DNA of 32,000 nt. Origin: Pedobacter ginsengisoli. Its GTDB lineage: Bacteria; Bacteroidota; Bacteroidia; Sphingobacteriales; Sphingobacteriaceae. Positions within the stretch are counted from its first letter, which is position 1. Each line of letters opens with the position of its first letter. Shown here piece by piece: positions 1-10,022 of the stretch. The translations under genes were made by a program, and so were the position numbers. The notes below the pieces were generated by a model, which worked only from the letters and a program-made list of their open reading frames with translations, searched no databases and was not told the origin of the DNA. The stretch is from assembly GCF_002736205.1 (NCBI RefSeq), contig NZ_CP024091.1:2383555-2415554 (forward strand), given 5' to 3'.

Positions 1-154
1 AAAAATCGTGATGAACAGAAAGAGTTGTCTTCCTCCTCCAAGAGCTTAATAATTAATCTGTGCTGTACCTATAGTTTTTGCTTTAGCTACATCCTTAGTT
101 TATTTATTAATATTTAATACTTGTGCTTAAAACAAGTAAACAGACAATTCTTTT

Positions 155-1042
155 ATGAAAAAATCATATTTAATTTTACATTTTGCAGTATTACTTGCAG
201 GCTTTACCGGAGTATTTGGCAAACTCATTTCTCTTAACGAAGGGCTTCTGGTTTGGTATAGAGTGTTTTTCTCTTCAATTATCCTTTTATTTATTTTAAA
301 ACTTTTCAAAGTCCGCAACAATACAACCACGAAAGAGAAATTTGGTATTGCAAAAGTTGGTCTTTTTATTACCATACACTGGGTATTCTTTTACGCCAGT
401 ATCAAATACTCAAATATCTCAGTGGGTGTGGTGTGTTATTGCCTTACCAGTTTTTTTACAGCAATTTTTAGCCCTTTAATTAACCGTCAGAGATTCAACC
501 TAACCGAGCTGCTATTAAGTCTGCTAACACTAGTTGGTATTGGATTGATATTCCATTTTGATTCCTCATACCAGTCGGGAATAATTCTGGGTGTAATATC
601 CTCTTCTTTTGCTGCGCTCTATACAATTTACAACGAGAAACTTGTTAAAAAATACGACAGCAGGATTATCAATTATTACCAAATGATTGGGGGAACTGTT
701 GCTTTGGGTATCTCCCTTCCGTTATATCTGCACTATTTTCCTGCACCATCAATCATTCCCGGACTTAAAGATACTATATATCTTATCTTATTGGCTTCTA
801 TTTGCACGGTAGGTCTTTATGTACTTTTTGCAGAATCATTAAAACGGATATCCGCATTTACGGTTAACTTAAGCTTTAACCTCGAACCGGTATATGCCAT
901 AATACTTGCTTTTCTGTTCTTTAACGAAAGTAAAGATCTTAACATCTCCTTTTATGTTGGTTTACTCTTTGTAATGGCTTCGGTTATTCTGCAGACAATA
1001 CTTTCAATTAAACGGCCTAACAGGGATCTTGTTTCTCTATAA
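155..1042 (+). CDS. EamA/DMT-superfamily permease
   Basis: ATG-initiated 295-aa ORF. It is almost entirely hydrophobic, with about 10 predicted TM helices in two similar halves, as in EamA-domain drug/metabolite transporters. The substrate cannot be inferred. Confidence 0.8.
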   Translation: MKKSYLILHFAVLLAGFTGVFGKLISLNEGLLVWYRVFFSSIILLFILKLFKVRNNTTTKEKFGIAKVGLFITIHWVFFYASIKYSNISVGVVCYCLTSFFTAIFSPLINRQRFNLTELLLSLLTLVGIGLIFHFDSSYQSGIILGVISSSFAALYTIYNEKLVKKYDSRIINYYQMIGGTVALGISLPLYLHYFPAPSIIPGLKDTIYLILLASICTVGLYVLFAESLKRISAFTVNLSFNLEPVYAIILAFLFFNESKDLNISFYVGLLFVMASVILQTILSIKRPNRDLVSL

Positions 1043-1057
1043 GTATCTAAGAAACTT

Positions 1058-1080
1058 CCGGTAAGCTATTTACTTACCGG
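1058..1080. terminator. Candidate bidirectional terminator hairpin at a convergent gene junction
   Basis: Inverted repeat CCGGTAAG-N7-CTTACCGG (8-bp perfect stem, 7-nt loop). It lies in the 23-nt gap between two convergent genes and overlaps the stop codon of the minus-strand gene. There is no clear U-tract, and stems of this length can occur by chance in 32 kb. Confidence 0.3.
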
Positions 1081-3741
1081 CTGAAATTCTTTACTATCTT
1101 TATTTCCACCAGAAATCAAATAAGCCATCAAATCTTTCAATTCTTCTTTATTTAGGCTATTGATCATACCAGGCATCATAATAGATAATTTAGATACAGA
1201 AGTGATTACAATATCTTTTTTCTTAATTGCACGAAGCGTTTGAGGAGAAAAAGGGTTTTGGGATATATATATATTGTCTTTTGTCTCCTTTTTATATCTT
1301 CCATAAATAGAGCTTCCATCTTTTAAATAATAAACTTTAGCTGCGTATTGATCTGAAATAACCTTGCTAGGTGTTATGATTGATTCGAGTATGTCTTTTT
1401 CAGAAAACCTGGTGCCCAAATGCGTAAGATCAGGCCCTGCAGAACCCCCTTCGCCACCTGAAGTGTGACATGAAATACACAATGTGGCGGCAAACATCAT
1501 TTTGCCATTTTTAAAGTCCCTGCCTACCAAACTGTCCTTCACTACTGCCAATGCATCTTCCAGTTTCCAATCCTTTCCAGGGCCTTTTGGCTGTGTTACA
1601 TCAGCAAGTTTAAGCTGCTTATTGTCAACCAAACCATCTCCAGACATTTTGTTATAATGAGCATATTGCTCTTTAGGCACATTCCTTAGTGCTATTTTAC
1701 GCGCCTCATCAATAAAGCCGATATAACTGTTGCCACCCTTATAGCCAAATGCTTTAAAGAACCATTTAAAATATTTGCTGCGTAGTGCAGGTGTCCATCC
1801 TTTTTTAGCTTCGCTTAAAGCTACTGCATAATAAATTTGCTGTGAGGGTGGGGTTTTAGAAAGTGTTTTTGCAATATCCAGCCCATACTGAGGGTTTTTT
1901 AAAATCAGATCTGTTGAACTGGTAATACCTTTTTGATCAGATTCATCATCTTTGGCCAGATCAATTATGGCCAAGGTTTTTGGTACCACCCGCTCATCAC
2001 CTATATAAACCAGAATTTTAGTCATGAATCGATTAATTTCATTACTCTTTGCCGGAAAATGAGCATTCAGATAATTACTTAACTTCAATCTGTCTGAAGA
2101 TTGTGGTTTACCTGTACGCAGCAATGTTAACTCAATTGTTCTTAACAGATCCATTTTTTGTGATTCTGACAATAACGAATAATTGATTTTCATCAAAGCA
2201 TTTAACATTTTACTGTTCAAATCTTTGCTGCCATTCCTGGCTAATGCCGTCATTGATTGCATTAATGCAACAGGATCCTTTTCATTTAAAGCCTTGTCTT
2301 GCCATTCAGCTACTGGCTGATGTTCAACAGCAATCCTTGCCGCATAGCGAATAAAGCGATCTTTATTTTTAAGGTTTGGCCATGCAAGTTTAATAGCTTC
2401 AGGATCAGGCTTACCATGAAATTCTTCCAATTGTTTTCTTAAATTGCGTGCTTCAAGTATACTTGCAGTAGCATTAGAAGGCAAGTCGTTATTTGGCAAA
2501 GAATTATCTCCATAATAAACCCTGTACAAATCTGACTCAAGTTCACGGCCCCCAGTTAGAAAATATAATGCTCCATCAGGCCCTATTACACCATCTGTAA
2601 GCGGTAAAGGCTGACCCGACAAGAATTCCTCTGCTGTTGTTTTATAAGAAGATCCATCAGGAATAAGCTGTACTGAGTAAATTATACCGAAAGTCCAGTC
2701 GAAAGCCAATAAGCCACGGCGATACTTTTCAGGAAAACGGGCATTGTAGCTACTTACAAGGTTTGTAGGTGAGCCCTGCCCTATATTTAATATTGCCGGA
2801 AGATTATCTATATAACTTGGCGACCAGTTGGTATTTCCCGAACGCCAGCCAAATTCGCTTCCACTGGTAGCATGAGAAATCCGGGTTGGTTTATACCAGG
2901 GCATCCCCAAATCCCACTCCATATCGCCGTCATAAACAAACATTTCTCCATCTTCATTAAAAGTAAAATCATATGGATTTCTATATCCTGCACTTACCAG
3001 CTCCCATTTTGCTCCATCCGGGTCAGTCTTCATTACAAAAGCCCCGGGTGCAAACCGATCTGTAGCATGGCCATTTGGGTCTTTTATAGTTGCAAGAGCA
3101 TTATCCTCTTTCCAGGTTCTTGGCAAGCGGTAATTGTCCATATCCGGCATATCTGTATAATTACCAGCAATCATGTAAATTGATTTTTTATCGGGAGAAA
3201 GGACAATACTGTGTGGTCCATGTTCGCCCTCTCCGGTTAGCGCCTTCAGCAACGTCACCTTATCAAACTGATCATCACCATCGGTATCCTGCAACCGGTA
3301 AAGGCCACTGCCACTTTTAAATTTGTCATCACTATTGTGATTAACCATTACGTACAAACTGTTAAAAGCATAGAGCAGGCCATGTGCATATCCCATACCC
3401 ACTTTATTGTTTGTTGAGTCGCCAACAATCAACTTTTCTACTTTGACTTTAACTTTAGTTGTGTCAGAGCCTATTGGCGGTATTACAAGTCTATATAAAA
3501 AACCATATTGGTCTGACGTAATTATCCTACCCTTATCATCAAAAGTCATTGATACCCATGACCCCGTCTTGCTTCCAGATGGGCTGTACAAATGCTCAGC
3601 TTTGAAATTTGGCAAAAGCTTTAGTTTTTCAACTTTTGGGCCTGGATTATACTTCTGAAAAGTGGTAAAGGAAACCCCGATAAGTATTAGTAGCAAAAGG
3701 GCAACAGACAATTTAACAGACCTGGTTCTGTTCGATTTCAT
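1066..3741 (-). CDS. PVC-type membrane-bound-dehydrogenase-domain / HEAT-repeat / cytochrome c fusion protein
   Basis: The ORF track starts at 3828. I prefer the ATG at 3741 (MKSNRTRSVKLSVALLLLILIG..., a signal anchor). The N-terminal half resembles a soluble glucose/sorbosone-dehydrogenase-type beta-propeller (GYRNPYDFTFNEDGEMFVYDGDMEWD...SGSEFGWR). The central region is alpha-helical and HEAT-like. The C-terminus carries the haem-c motif CISCH (nt 1465-1479) followed by GPDLTHLG. This architecture matches the family usually annotated as putative membrane-bound dehydrogenase domain plus putative haem-binding domain. Confidence 0.8.
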   Translation of the reverse strand: MKSNRTRSVKLSVALLLLILIGVSFTTFQKYNPGPKVEKLKLLPNFKAEHLYSPSGSKTGSWVSMTFDDKGRIITSDQYGFLYRLVIPPIGSDTTKVKVKVEKLIVGDSTNNKVGMGYAHGLLYAFNSLYVMVNHNSDDKFKSGSGLYRLQDTDGDDQFDKVTLLKALTGEGEHGPHSIVLSPDKKSIYMIAGNYTDMPDMDNYRLPRTWKEDNALATIKDPNGHATDRFAPGAFVMKTDPDGAKWELVSAGYRNPYDFTFNEDGEMFVYDGDMEWDLGMPWYKPTRISHATSGSEFGWRSGNTNWSPSYIDNLPAILNIGQGSPTNLVSSYNARFPEKYRRGLLAFDWTFGIIYSVQLIPDGSSYKTTAEEFLSGQPLPLTDGVIGPDGALYFLTGGRELESDLYRVYYGDNSLPNNDLPSNATASILEARNLRKQLEEFHGKPDPEAIKLAWPNLKNKDRFIRYAARIAVEHQPVAEWQDKALNEKDPVALMQSMTALARNGSKDLNSKMLNALMKINYSLLSESQKMDLLRTIELTLLRTGKPQSSDRLKLSNYLNAHFPAKSNEINRFMTKILVYIGDERVVPKTLAIIDLAKDDESDQKGITSSTDLILKNPQYGLDIAKTLSKTPPSQQIYYAVALSEAKKGWTPALRSKYFKWFFKAFGYKGGNSYIGFIDEARKIALRNVPKEQYAHYNKMSGDGLVDNKQLKLADVTQPKGPGKDWKLEDALAVVKDSLVGRDFKNGKMMFAATLCISCHTSGGEGGSAGPDLTHLGTRFSEKDILESIITPSKVISDQYAAKVYYLKDGSSIYGRYKKETKDNIYISQNPFSPQTLRAIKKKDIVITSVSKLSIMMPGMINSLNKEELKDLMAYLISGGNKDSKEFQPVSK

Positions 3742-3932
3742 ACGTATTTGGTTTATTTGTGTGTTTGGTATAACAAGAATACCATAAATACGTGAAATTC
3801 GCATCCTGTGCTGTCCTGTATCAACCAATTAAAAATAGCTATCATTCTAAATCAATAAGAAATACCATACCGTTCTTACAATTTGCACTTTTTGATAAAA
3901 TAATTAGCTTTATAAATGAAGCCAAATTTAAA

Positions 3933-4814
3933 ATGAAGAATTACCAGAAGTATCTTACTGTTAGTGAATTTGAAAAAAACTGGGGATTTTATGTAAATAC
4001 AGTTGGCTCAGCAAAAGTAGAGCCTAATAAAAACTACCCTAACAACCGCGAACATCCAATAGACCATTCATTTACCTGGGATAAAGGAAGAATACTTGAT
4101 GGTTATTACCTTGTTTTTATTACAAAAGGTGAAGGTTTGCTGGAATCTGCAAAAACCAAAGCACACAATATTAAAGAGGGCACCTGTTTCTTTTTATTTC
4201 CGGGTGTATGGCACCGATACAAACCCCACCCTAAATATGGATGGGAAGAGTATTGGGTAGGTTTTAACGGAACTTACCCCGATGAATTGATGAAAAAAAG
4301 AATATTTACCCCCGAGAATCCATTTATTGATGTTGGCCTTAATGAAGATCTGCTTCAGCTTTTTCATACACTTATTAAAACTGTTGCCGCAGCAGAAATA
4401 GGTTATCGACAAATTGTATCTGGACTTACTCTTCAAATTTTAGGCCTGGTAAATGCAATATCAAAATATAAAACACCTGAAATTGGAAACCAGTCTAAAC
4501 TCATCTCAAAGGCAAAATTTCTTTTACAGGAATCCATTGAGAACCCAGTAAATTTAGAAGAAATGGTAAAGGATTTGCCCATGGGCTATTCGAGATTCAG
4601 AAAGCTCTTTAAAGAAACAACCGGTTTATCACCAAATCAGTACCACCTTAATCTTAGATTAGATAAAGCAAAGGATTTACTTACCTCAACCAATTTAACA
4701 ATTAATGAAGTAGCTTACCAAACCGGCTTTGATTCTATATTTTACTTCTCTCGTCTGTTTAAGAAAAAGAATGGACTGCCCCCTAAAGAATACAGGCTTG
4801 GCAAACACCCCTAA
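3933..4814 (+). CDS. AraC-family transcriptional regulator (cupin-like sensor domain + HTH_AraC)
   Basis: The C-terminus has a double helix-turn-helix AraC signature (LEEMVKDLPMGYSRFRKLFKETTGLSPNQYHLNLRLDKAKDLLTSTNLTINEVAYQTGFDSIFYFSRLFKKKNGLPPKEYR). The N-terminus is a cupin-like ligand domain. I moved the start from 3792 to the ATG at 3933 (MKNYQKY...), because the 47-aa extension reads through the divergent promoter region. Confidence 0.85.
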   Translation: MKNYQKYLTVSEFEKNWGFYVNTVGSAKVEPNKNYPNNREHPIDHSFTWDKGRILDGYYLVFITKGEGLLESAKTKAHNIKEGTCFFLFPGVWHRYKPHPKYGWEEYWVGFNGTYPDELMKKRIFTPENPFIDVGLNEDLLQLFHTLIKTVAAAEIGYRQIVSGLTLQILGLVNAISKYKTPEIGNQSKLISKAKFLLQESIENPVNLEEMVKDLPMGYSRFRKLFKETTGLSPNQYHLNLRLDKAKDLLTSTNLTINEVAYQTGFDSIFYFSRLFKKKNGLPPKEYRLGKHP

Positions 4815-4841
4815 CCGAGTCTTTAAGTAATGAATATATTG

Positions 4842-7319
4842 CTATTTTGACAATCTAACAGATTCATCAAAAAATATCCCGCTCACTGCAGCATTTTCGC
4901 CCCTTACATGGTTAATCCGAATTCTTATGCTTCCTGAATAATTAAAGATCAGGTATTTTCCCTTTTGATAGTTCTTGATTAATTGAACCGGGGATATAAG
5001 TTTGAGCGTTTTTGCATCGAACAACTCCACAGCCGATCTTCTTTCTTTATTGTCCCAATCTAAAAAATACAATGCTATTTGGTGGTGTTCAGCTCCCCTA
5101 ACCTCCACATCCATTGTTATGGTTTGTAAAGTAGGGTTAGGATCTTTGGTTGTAATTGCCCCAAAGCTGCCACTGCGCCCTAATGTATCACTTAATACCC
5201 TCTTATCTGCAGGGAGCTTCAAGTAAACATTGTTTTCATTTTTTAACTTTACAGAGGATACATATAGAGGTAGTTTCTCTAAGTGCTTTTTATTCTCGAA
5301 GGAATTAAACAAAATAAATCCTTCCTTTCCGTAACAACCTTTCCAGTTTCCTGAAGTTAAGCTATCCTGTAAAAATGTATTAACAGGATAGCTCCACGGC
5401 AAACTTTTAACTTGCACAACCTTGTTAACAGACTTGTAGACTACTTTATATTCATATTTCCCTGGCTTCAGATTATCTATATTGATGTAACCATCTTTAA
5501 TTTTAAATCCATTTTCATTCAAAATTGGCTTTCCGTTTAAAAAAAGAGCCTTAACAGTATTTCCTCCTATCGGAATAGCAACCCGTTTAGCAAGAGTTCC
5601 TTTAGGTATTTGCAATGTAGTTAGCCCTGATTTTACATTAAAACTGGCGTAGATTAATCCTTTTAATGTTGGTGTGCTTCCGTTAACATACGAGATTGTA
5701 TCTCCAAGGTGAGGTACAATTTCAAAAACCTTAAAGCCCGGTTCCATTGGTTTTATACCCAGCACCTCTTCGGACAACCATTTAACAACTCCTGCACTCC
5801 ATGGGTGTGTTAAACTTGTATATCCACACTGGTTATTAGGTGGAGCATCATTTTTATCCAAAATTGCATTCCAGCTTGGCCTGTATACTTCAAAAAATGT
5901 CGTTCCACCGTATTTTATTTGCCCGCCCCAGCAATCCTTAACCGCACTTATCGCTTCTTCATACTTCTGCATTTTTGCCATGGCCCCTAGGATGAAGTAT
6001 TCATTAAATGGAGAATATGATAAGCGGTTTACCCGATCCGTATAATTACGCTGATAAAACAGTGCATTTTCTTTAGGTGTTGTGAGGCCTGTATTAATGG
6101 CATCTGCAGAGGCATGAAGGCCAAAATCATTTTGCCAATTCTTTTTCTTTCTTTCTTCAGCAAATTTTTCGCTGGCATAAGTGGTATATTTCTGTGCCAG
6201 ATCAGACCTTCCAATTTGTTTCATTAGATGAGCAAATTCTACCCATGATCGTATAGTAAGCATAGAATAAGCATATTGAGATTCCCGGATATTAGGATTT
6301 TCGAAGCCTGCTCCCAAACGCTCATCCCAACCATAAAAACCTAACTTAGGAGATTTACCAAAATGCTGATAAGCTATATTAAGTTTATTGCAAGCGTTAT
6401 CAATGTATTTTTGGACGAATTCAAGATCGCCTGTATAATTTGCATAATCGATAAGACTTAAAACCCAATACAGAGAATAGCTTAAAATACCATTATTTAA
6501 ATCTGCTGTATTGATAGTATTGGCTTTAACAAAATCATAATTCCCAAAGGCAACCATTGATGCGGCCTGTGATGGATAAGCATCACCAGTCCATGAGTGA
6601 CGGTCACTTCTTTCCATTAATATTGCTCCAAAATAATCTTTCTGAAGATTTAGCTTAACGGTATATGCCCCGGTATACCATATTCTGGTCAATTCCGAAT
6701 CGCTACAGGAAAAGCTCCCTTGATAGTTTACCGGTTTAACCTGGCAAATCAAACGAAAGTTCTTAATGTGCCAGGTTTGTTTATGCGAGTGCACATTTAT
6801 CCAACCAAACCTAACTCCTTCATAAAGCTCAGGATTTAATTCTAATCGGTAAGTCTGACCATGTTTTACAGGAACCATAGTTTTAAGTGGACGTAATGCA
6901 CCGCTATTTACAATTGCAGGTTCATTATATTCACTGATACTCATTGTTATACTATCCATTAAATCGTCCGATTCAAATTCAAGCCAACCAGCATTAGTCT
7001 GCCCAAAATCGAAACAAACGGAGCCCTTTCCCTGTACAACAATAACATTATTTTTCTTAAACTCCCCCATCTTAAAGGCTTCAGGAGTAGAAGTTTTCCA
7101 GCTAATTGGCCGGAGATTATAACTTTCTAAACCATCTGATGCTTTAGGAACAGCCCAGCTATAACTGATAAGCGGGTCAGGTGAAAATGGGTTTTCAGTT
7201 AAGTTCTTCTTAGCGGAAATTGGTGGATAGATTCCACTTTGCGCATATACAGCTTGGATGCAAATTACAGAGAATACCAAAAAAGTAATAACAAAACGTA
7301 CACGCGCTATATAGATCAT
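4842..7319 (-). CDS. Secreted six-hairpin glycoside hydrolase, alpha-L-rhamnosidase (GH78)-like, with an extra C-terminal domain
   Basis: Sec signal peptide (FLVFSVICIQAVYAQ). The motif MERSDRHSWTGDAYPSQ resembles the GH78 (D/E)R..WTGDA motif. SLYWVLSLIDYANYTGDLEFVQKY and SLTHPWSAGVVKWLSEEVLGIKPMEPGF match the (alpha/alpha)6 rhamnosidase-type core. The family assignment comes from motif memory only. Confidence 0.6.
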   Translation of the reverse strand: MIYIARVRFVITFLVFSVICIQAVYAQSGIYPPISAKKNLTENPFSPDPLISYSWAVPKASDGLESYNLRPISWKTSTPEAFKMGEFKKNNVIVVQGKGSVCFDFGQTNAGWLEFESDDLMDSITMSISEYNEPAIVNSGALRPLKTMVPVKHGQTYRLELNPELYEGVRFGWINVHSHKQTWHIKNFRLICQVKPVNYQGSFSCSDSELTRIWYTGAYTVKLNLQKDYFGAILMERSDRHSWTGDAYPSQAASMVAFGNYDFVKANTINTADLNNGILSYSLYWVLSLIDYANYTGDLEFVQKYIDNACNKLNIAYQHFGKSPKLGFYGWDERLGAGFENPNIRESQYAYSMLTIRSWVEFAHLMKQIGRSDLAQKYTTYASEKFAEERKKKNWQNDFGLHASADAINTGLTTPKENALFYQRNYTDRVNRLSYSPFNEYFILGAMAKMQKYEEAISAVKDCWGGQIKYGGTTFFEVYRPSWNAILDKNDAPPNNQCGYTSLTHPWSAGVVKWLSEEVLGIKPMEPGFKVFEIVPHLGDTISYVNGSTPTLKGLIYASFNVKSGLTTLQIPKGTLAKRVAIPIGGNTVKALFLNGKPILNENGFKIKDGYINIDNLKPGKYEYKVVYKSVNKVVQVKSLPWSYPVNTFLQDSLTSGNWKGCYGKEGFILFNSFENKKHLEKLPLYVSSVKLKNENNVYLKLPADKRVLSDTLGRSGSFGAITTKDPNPTLQTITMDVEVRGAEHHQIALYFLDWDNKERRSAVELFDAKTLKLISPVQLIKNYQKGKYLIFNYSGSIRIRINHVRGENAAVSGIFFDESVRLSK

Positions 7320-7401
7320 AGCGTAAAGTTACATGCTACCTTTAAAACATCGTTGCCATTAAGCAGCTTTTATTTGCACTTTTTGGCACTAATCTATAAG
7401 A

Positions 7402-8220
7402 TTACCAGCCTTTAATGGCACCTCCCTTAAATTCTGTTTCGGCGGCCCGGGCTACTTCATCAGATTGATATGCCTTTACAAAGTTTTTTATTTCAGTTCT
7501 ATCTTTATCATCTGCCCTTGTAACTATAATATTCACATAAGGAGATTTTTTATCCTCAACAAAGATACCGTCACGTTCTGCAACCAGGCCAACAGGTGTA
7601 GCAAAAGTATTATTAATGATGGCTACAGTTACATTCTGATCATCTAATGCTCTTGGCAGTTGAGGAGCTTCAAGCTCAACAATTTTAAGTTGTTTTGGGT
7701 TTGCTATAATATCATTTACAGTAGGCAATAATCCAACACCATCTTTTAGTTTCAACAGATTGGCTTTTTGCATCAACAGCAATGCTCTTCCACCGTTTGT
7801 AGGATCATTAGGTATAATGATCGTGTTGCCATCTTTAAGCTCTTCAATCTTTTTAATCTTTTTAGAATAACCAGCAAGAGGATAAACAAATGTATTGCCT
7901 ACAATTGCAAAATTATAACCACGCTGCTTGGCTTGCACATCTAAATAAGGTTTGTTTTGAAATGCGTTAGCATCAATATCTCCCTGATGAAGTGCTTCGT
8001 TGGGCATTACATAATCATTAAATTGCACCAATTCTACCTCTAAGCCATATTTCTCTTTAGCAACCTTTTGGGCTACCTGAGCTATTGTGTATTCCGGCCC
8101 TGACTCAACTCCAACTTTTATATGGTTAGGAGTATTCTTTTTTGAAGCGCCACCGCAGCCAAATAAGCCAACAGAAGCTACAATTGTAAATATTGCCAGT
8201 GCTTTAATTTCTATTTTCAT
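7402..8220 (-). CDS. metQ: Methionine ABC transporter substrate-binding lipoprotein (NlpA/MetQ family)
   Basis: Lipobox (VGLFGC). Typical MetQ/NlpA sequence (IKVGV...GPEYTIAQVAQKVAKEKYGLEVELVQFNDYVMPNEALHQGDIDANAFQ). It is the last gene of the metNIQ operon. Confidence 0.9.
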   Translation of the reverse strand: MKIEIKALAIFTIVASVGLFGCGGASKKNTPNHIKVGVESGPEYTIAQVAQKVAKEKYGLEVELVQFNDYVMPNEALHQGDIDANAFQNKPYLDVQAKQRGYNFAIVGNTFVYPLAGYSKKIKKIEELKDGNTIIIPNDPTNGGRALLLMQKANLLKLKDGVGLLPTVNDIIANPKQLKIVELEAPQLPRALDDQNVTVAIINNTFATPVGLVAERDGIFVEDKKSPYVNIIVTRADDKDRTEIKNFVKAYQSDEVARAAETEFKGGAIKGW

Positions 8221-8229
8221 AAGTACTTT

Positions 8230-8886
8230 TTATTTTCTGTGATCTACTTTTTTTGCTATAAAATCGCCCGTAAACTGGATAAAGAACACCAAAGCTACAA
8301 GTGAGACTAAAACAGTATTCATTACCGTTACATCATAACCAACATATCCATACTGATAGCCTATTTGCCCCAATCCACCAGCTCCAACAGCACCACCCAT
8401 TGCAGAATAGCCTACAAGAGTTATTAAAGTAATGGAAGCAGTATTGATTAAAGAAGGAAGTGCTTCAGGAAGCAATACTTTGTAAACGATTTGAAAAGGA
8501 GTTGCACCCATTGCCCTTGCTGCCTCTACTAAACCATGAGGAACCTCGATAAGGCTATTTTCTACCATACGGGCAATAAATGGCGCCGCACCAATACTTA
8601 AAGGAACCAATGCTGCTTCTACACCTATAGAGGTACCCACCAGCATCCTTGTAAAAGGTATCATCCAAACAATTAATATAATAAAGGGAATAGATCTGAA
8701 TACATTAACAATAACAGACACAGTATTATTTAGCCCCCTGTTTTCTAAAACCTGGCCCTTACGGGTCAAAAATAACATTACACCTGTTGGTAGGCCAATA
8801 ACAAATCCAAAGAAACCTGATACAAAGGTCATTATTATTGTTTCCAAGGCTCCTTTAAAAAGCAGTAAAATCATTGAATCAGACAT
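8230..8886 (-). CDS. metI: Methionine ABC transporter permease
   Basis: 218-aa protein with 5 TM helices and a BPD_transp_1-type EAA loop ([31 protein letters not shown]). Its start overlaps the metN stop by 8 nt, suggesting translational coupling. Confidence 0.9.
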   Translation of the reverse strand: MSDSMILLLFKGALETIIMTFVSGFFGFVIGLPTGVMLFLTRKGQVLENRGLNNTVSVIVNVFRSIPFIILIVWMIPFTRMLVGTSIGVEAALVPLSIGAAPFIARMVENSLIEVPHGLVEAARAMGATPFQIVYKVLLPEALPSLINTASITLITLVGYSAMGGAVGAGGLGQIGYQYGYVGYDVTVMNTVLVSLVALVFFIQFTGDFIAKKVDHRK

Positions 8887-9910
8887 ACCCCAATACCTCC
8901 ACTCTTATTTGTTTGCTGTTATAAAATTCAATTGCCTTTTCATGATTTCCTTCGGTGCCTGAAACCTCAATTACCATTGCACCAAATTTAACACCACCGG
9001 CATATTCAATTTGAGCAAAAATTATGTTGTTGTCCAGCTCGAATAAGCGGCTCACTTCAGATAATACGGGATCGTCTGCGGATTGCCCAGTAAACTCCAA
9101 TTTTAATAGTGGTTTTTTGTTGCCTTCTTTCTTTGCACTTAATCTTTCCAGATATTCAACCGGGATATTAATTTTTAATGAGGAAGCAATAAACTCCTTT
9201 GTAATTTCCATTTTAGGGTGTGCAAAAATCTCACTAACAGATCCCTGCTCAATAAGTTCTCCCCCACTTATTACTGCAACCTGATCACAAATGTTTTTTA
9301 CCACATCCATCTCATGCGTTATTAGTAAAATGGTGATATCTAATCGTTTATTAATATCTTTTAATAGATCAAGAATAGACTTTGTTGTTGCCGGATCAAG
9401 GGCACTGGTAGCCTCATCGCACAAAAGTACCTTAGGGTTACTGGCCAGAGTACGGGCAATAGCTACACGTTGTTTTTGTCCGCCGGATAAATTTGCAGGG
9501 TAGTCGTTATGTTTTTCTTCCAATCCAACTAATGCCAGCAACTCAGCAACCCTTGTATTGATTTCTTGCTTAGGTAATTTATCCAGCTCTAATGGAAAAG
9601 CTATATTCTCTGAAACTGTTCTGGAAGATAAAAGATTAAAATGTTGAAAGATCATTCCAATCTGTCTTCTTTCTTTAGCCAGATCTGCTGCAGATAGCGC
9701 CATCAAATTTCGTCCATCAACAATCACCTCGCCCGAAGTTGGACGTTCTAATAAATTAACGCAACGGATTAACGTACTTTTACCAGCCCCTGAAGCCCCA
9801 ATTACACCAAATATCTTTCCCTTAGGAACCGTTAGTGACACCTCTGACAAAGCTGTGATTTCTTTGTTTTTCTGGTGAAACTTTTTAGTTATGTTTTTTA
9901 ATTCAATCAT
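8879..9910 (-). CDS. metN: Methionine ABC transporter ATP-binding protein with C-terminal NIL domain
   Basis: Walker [13 protein letters not shown] signature [13 protein letters not shown], Walker [12 protein letters not shown], and a C-terminal regulatory NIL-type domain ([23 protein letters not shown]...VIEVSG). Confidence 0.93.
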   Translation of the reverse strand: MIELKNITKKFHQKNKEITALSEVSLTVPKGKIFGVIGASGAGKSTLIRCVNLLERPTSGEVIVDGRNLMALSAADLAKERRQIGMIFQHFNLLSSRTVSENIAFPLELDKLPKQEINTRVAELLALVGLEEKHNDYPANLSGGQKQRVAIARTLASNPKVLLCDEATSALDPATTKSILDLLKDINKRLDITILLITHEMDVVKNICDQVAVISGGELIEQGSVSEIFAHPKMEITKEFIASSLKINIPVEYLERLSAKKEGNKKPLLKLEFTGQSADDPVLSEVSRLFELDNNIIFAQIEYAGGVKFGAMVIEVSGTEGNHEKAIEFYNSKQIRVEVLGYV

Positions 9911-9963
9911 TAAACTTATTGCAGTATTGAACTTAATTTACATAGATAAAACTAAGTTTGCTG

Positions 9964-9971
9964 CAAAAGTA
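9964..9971 (-). promoter_or_regulatory. Candidate Bacteroidota -7 promoter box for metNIQ
   Basis: The minus-strand sequence TACTTTTG matches the TAnnTTTG consensus and lies 53 nt upstream of the metN ATG. I found no convincing -33 TTTG element. Confidence 0.3.
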
Positions 9972-10022
9972 AGAATAATCATTAATAGTCTAGTATATCA
10001 ATAGACTTTTACCTGTAATTCA

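Noticed and set aside
1-154. A possible gene end, or a leader element upstream of the EamA gene.
   Set aside because: No frame gives a convincing C-terminus or start. The region shows only a 5-bp stem (CTTGT...ACAAG) and an off-spacing TA...TTTG match, which is not enough to call anything.
3766-3870. ATACCA-containing repeats in the AraC/dehydrogenase divergent region: TGGTAT-N7-ATACCA at 3766-3784, and the 9-mer AATACCATA at 3778-3786 and 3862-3870, 84 bp apart.
   Set aside because: The spacing is attractive for AraC-type half-sites, but a single 9-mer repeat and 6-bp arms in 191 bp of AT-rich DNA are within chance expectation (roughly 0.1). This is too weak without comparative data.
9911-10022. 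A SAM riboswitch or other leader RNA upstream of metNIQ.
   Set aside because: The 112-nt leader is very AT-rich and shows none of the conserved GC-rich helices or core motifs of SAM-I or SAM-II riboswitches. It contains only a weak 6-bp hairpin (9987-10007) and a possible -7 box.
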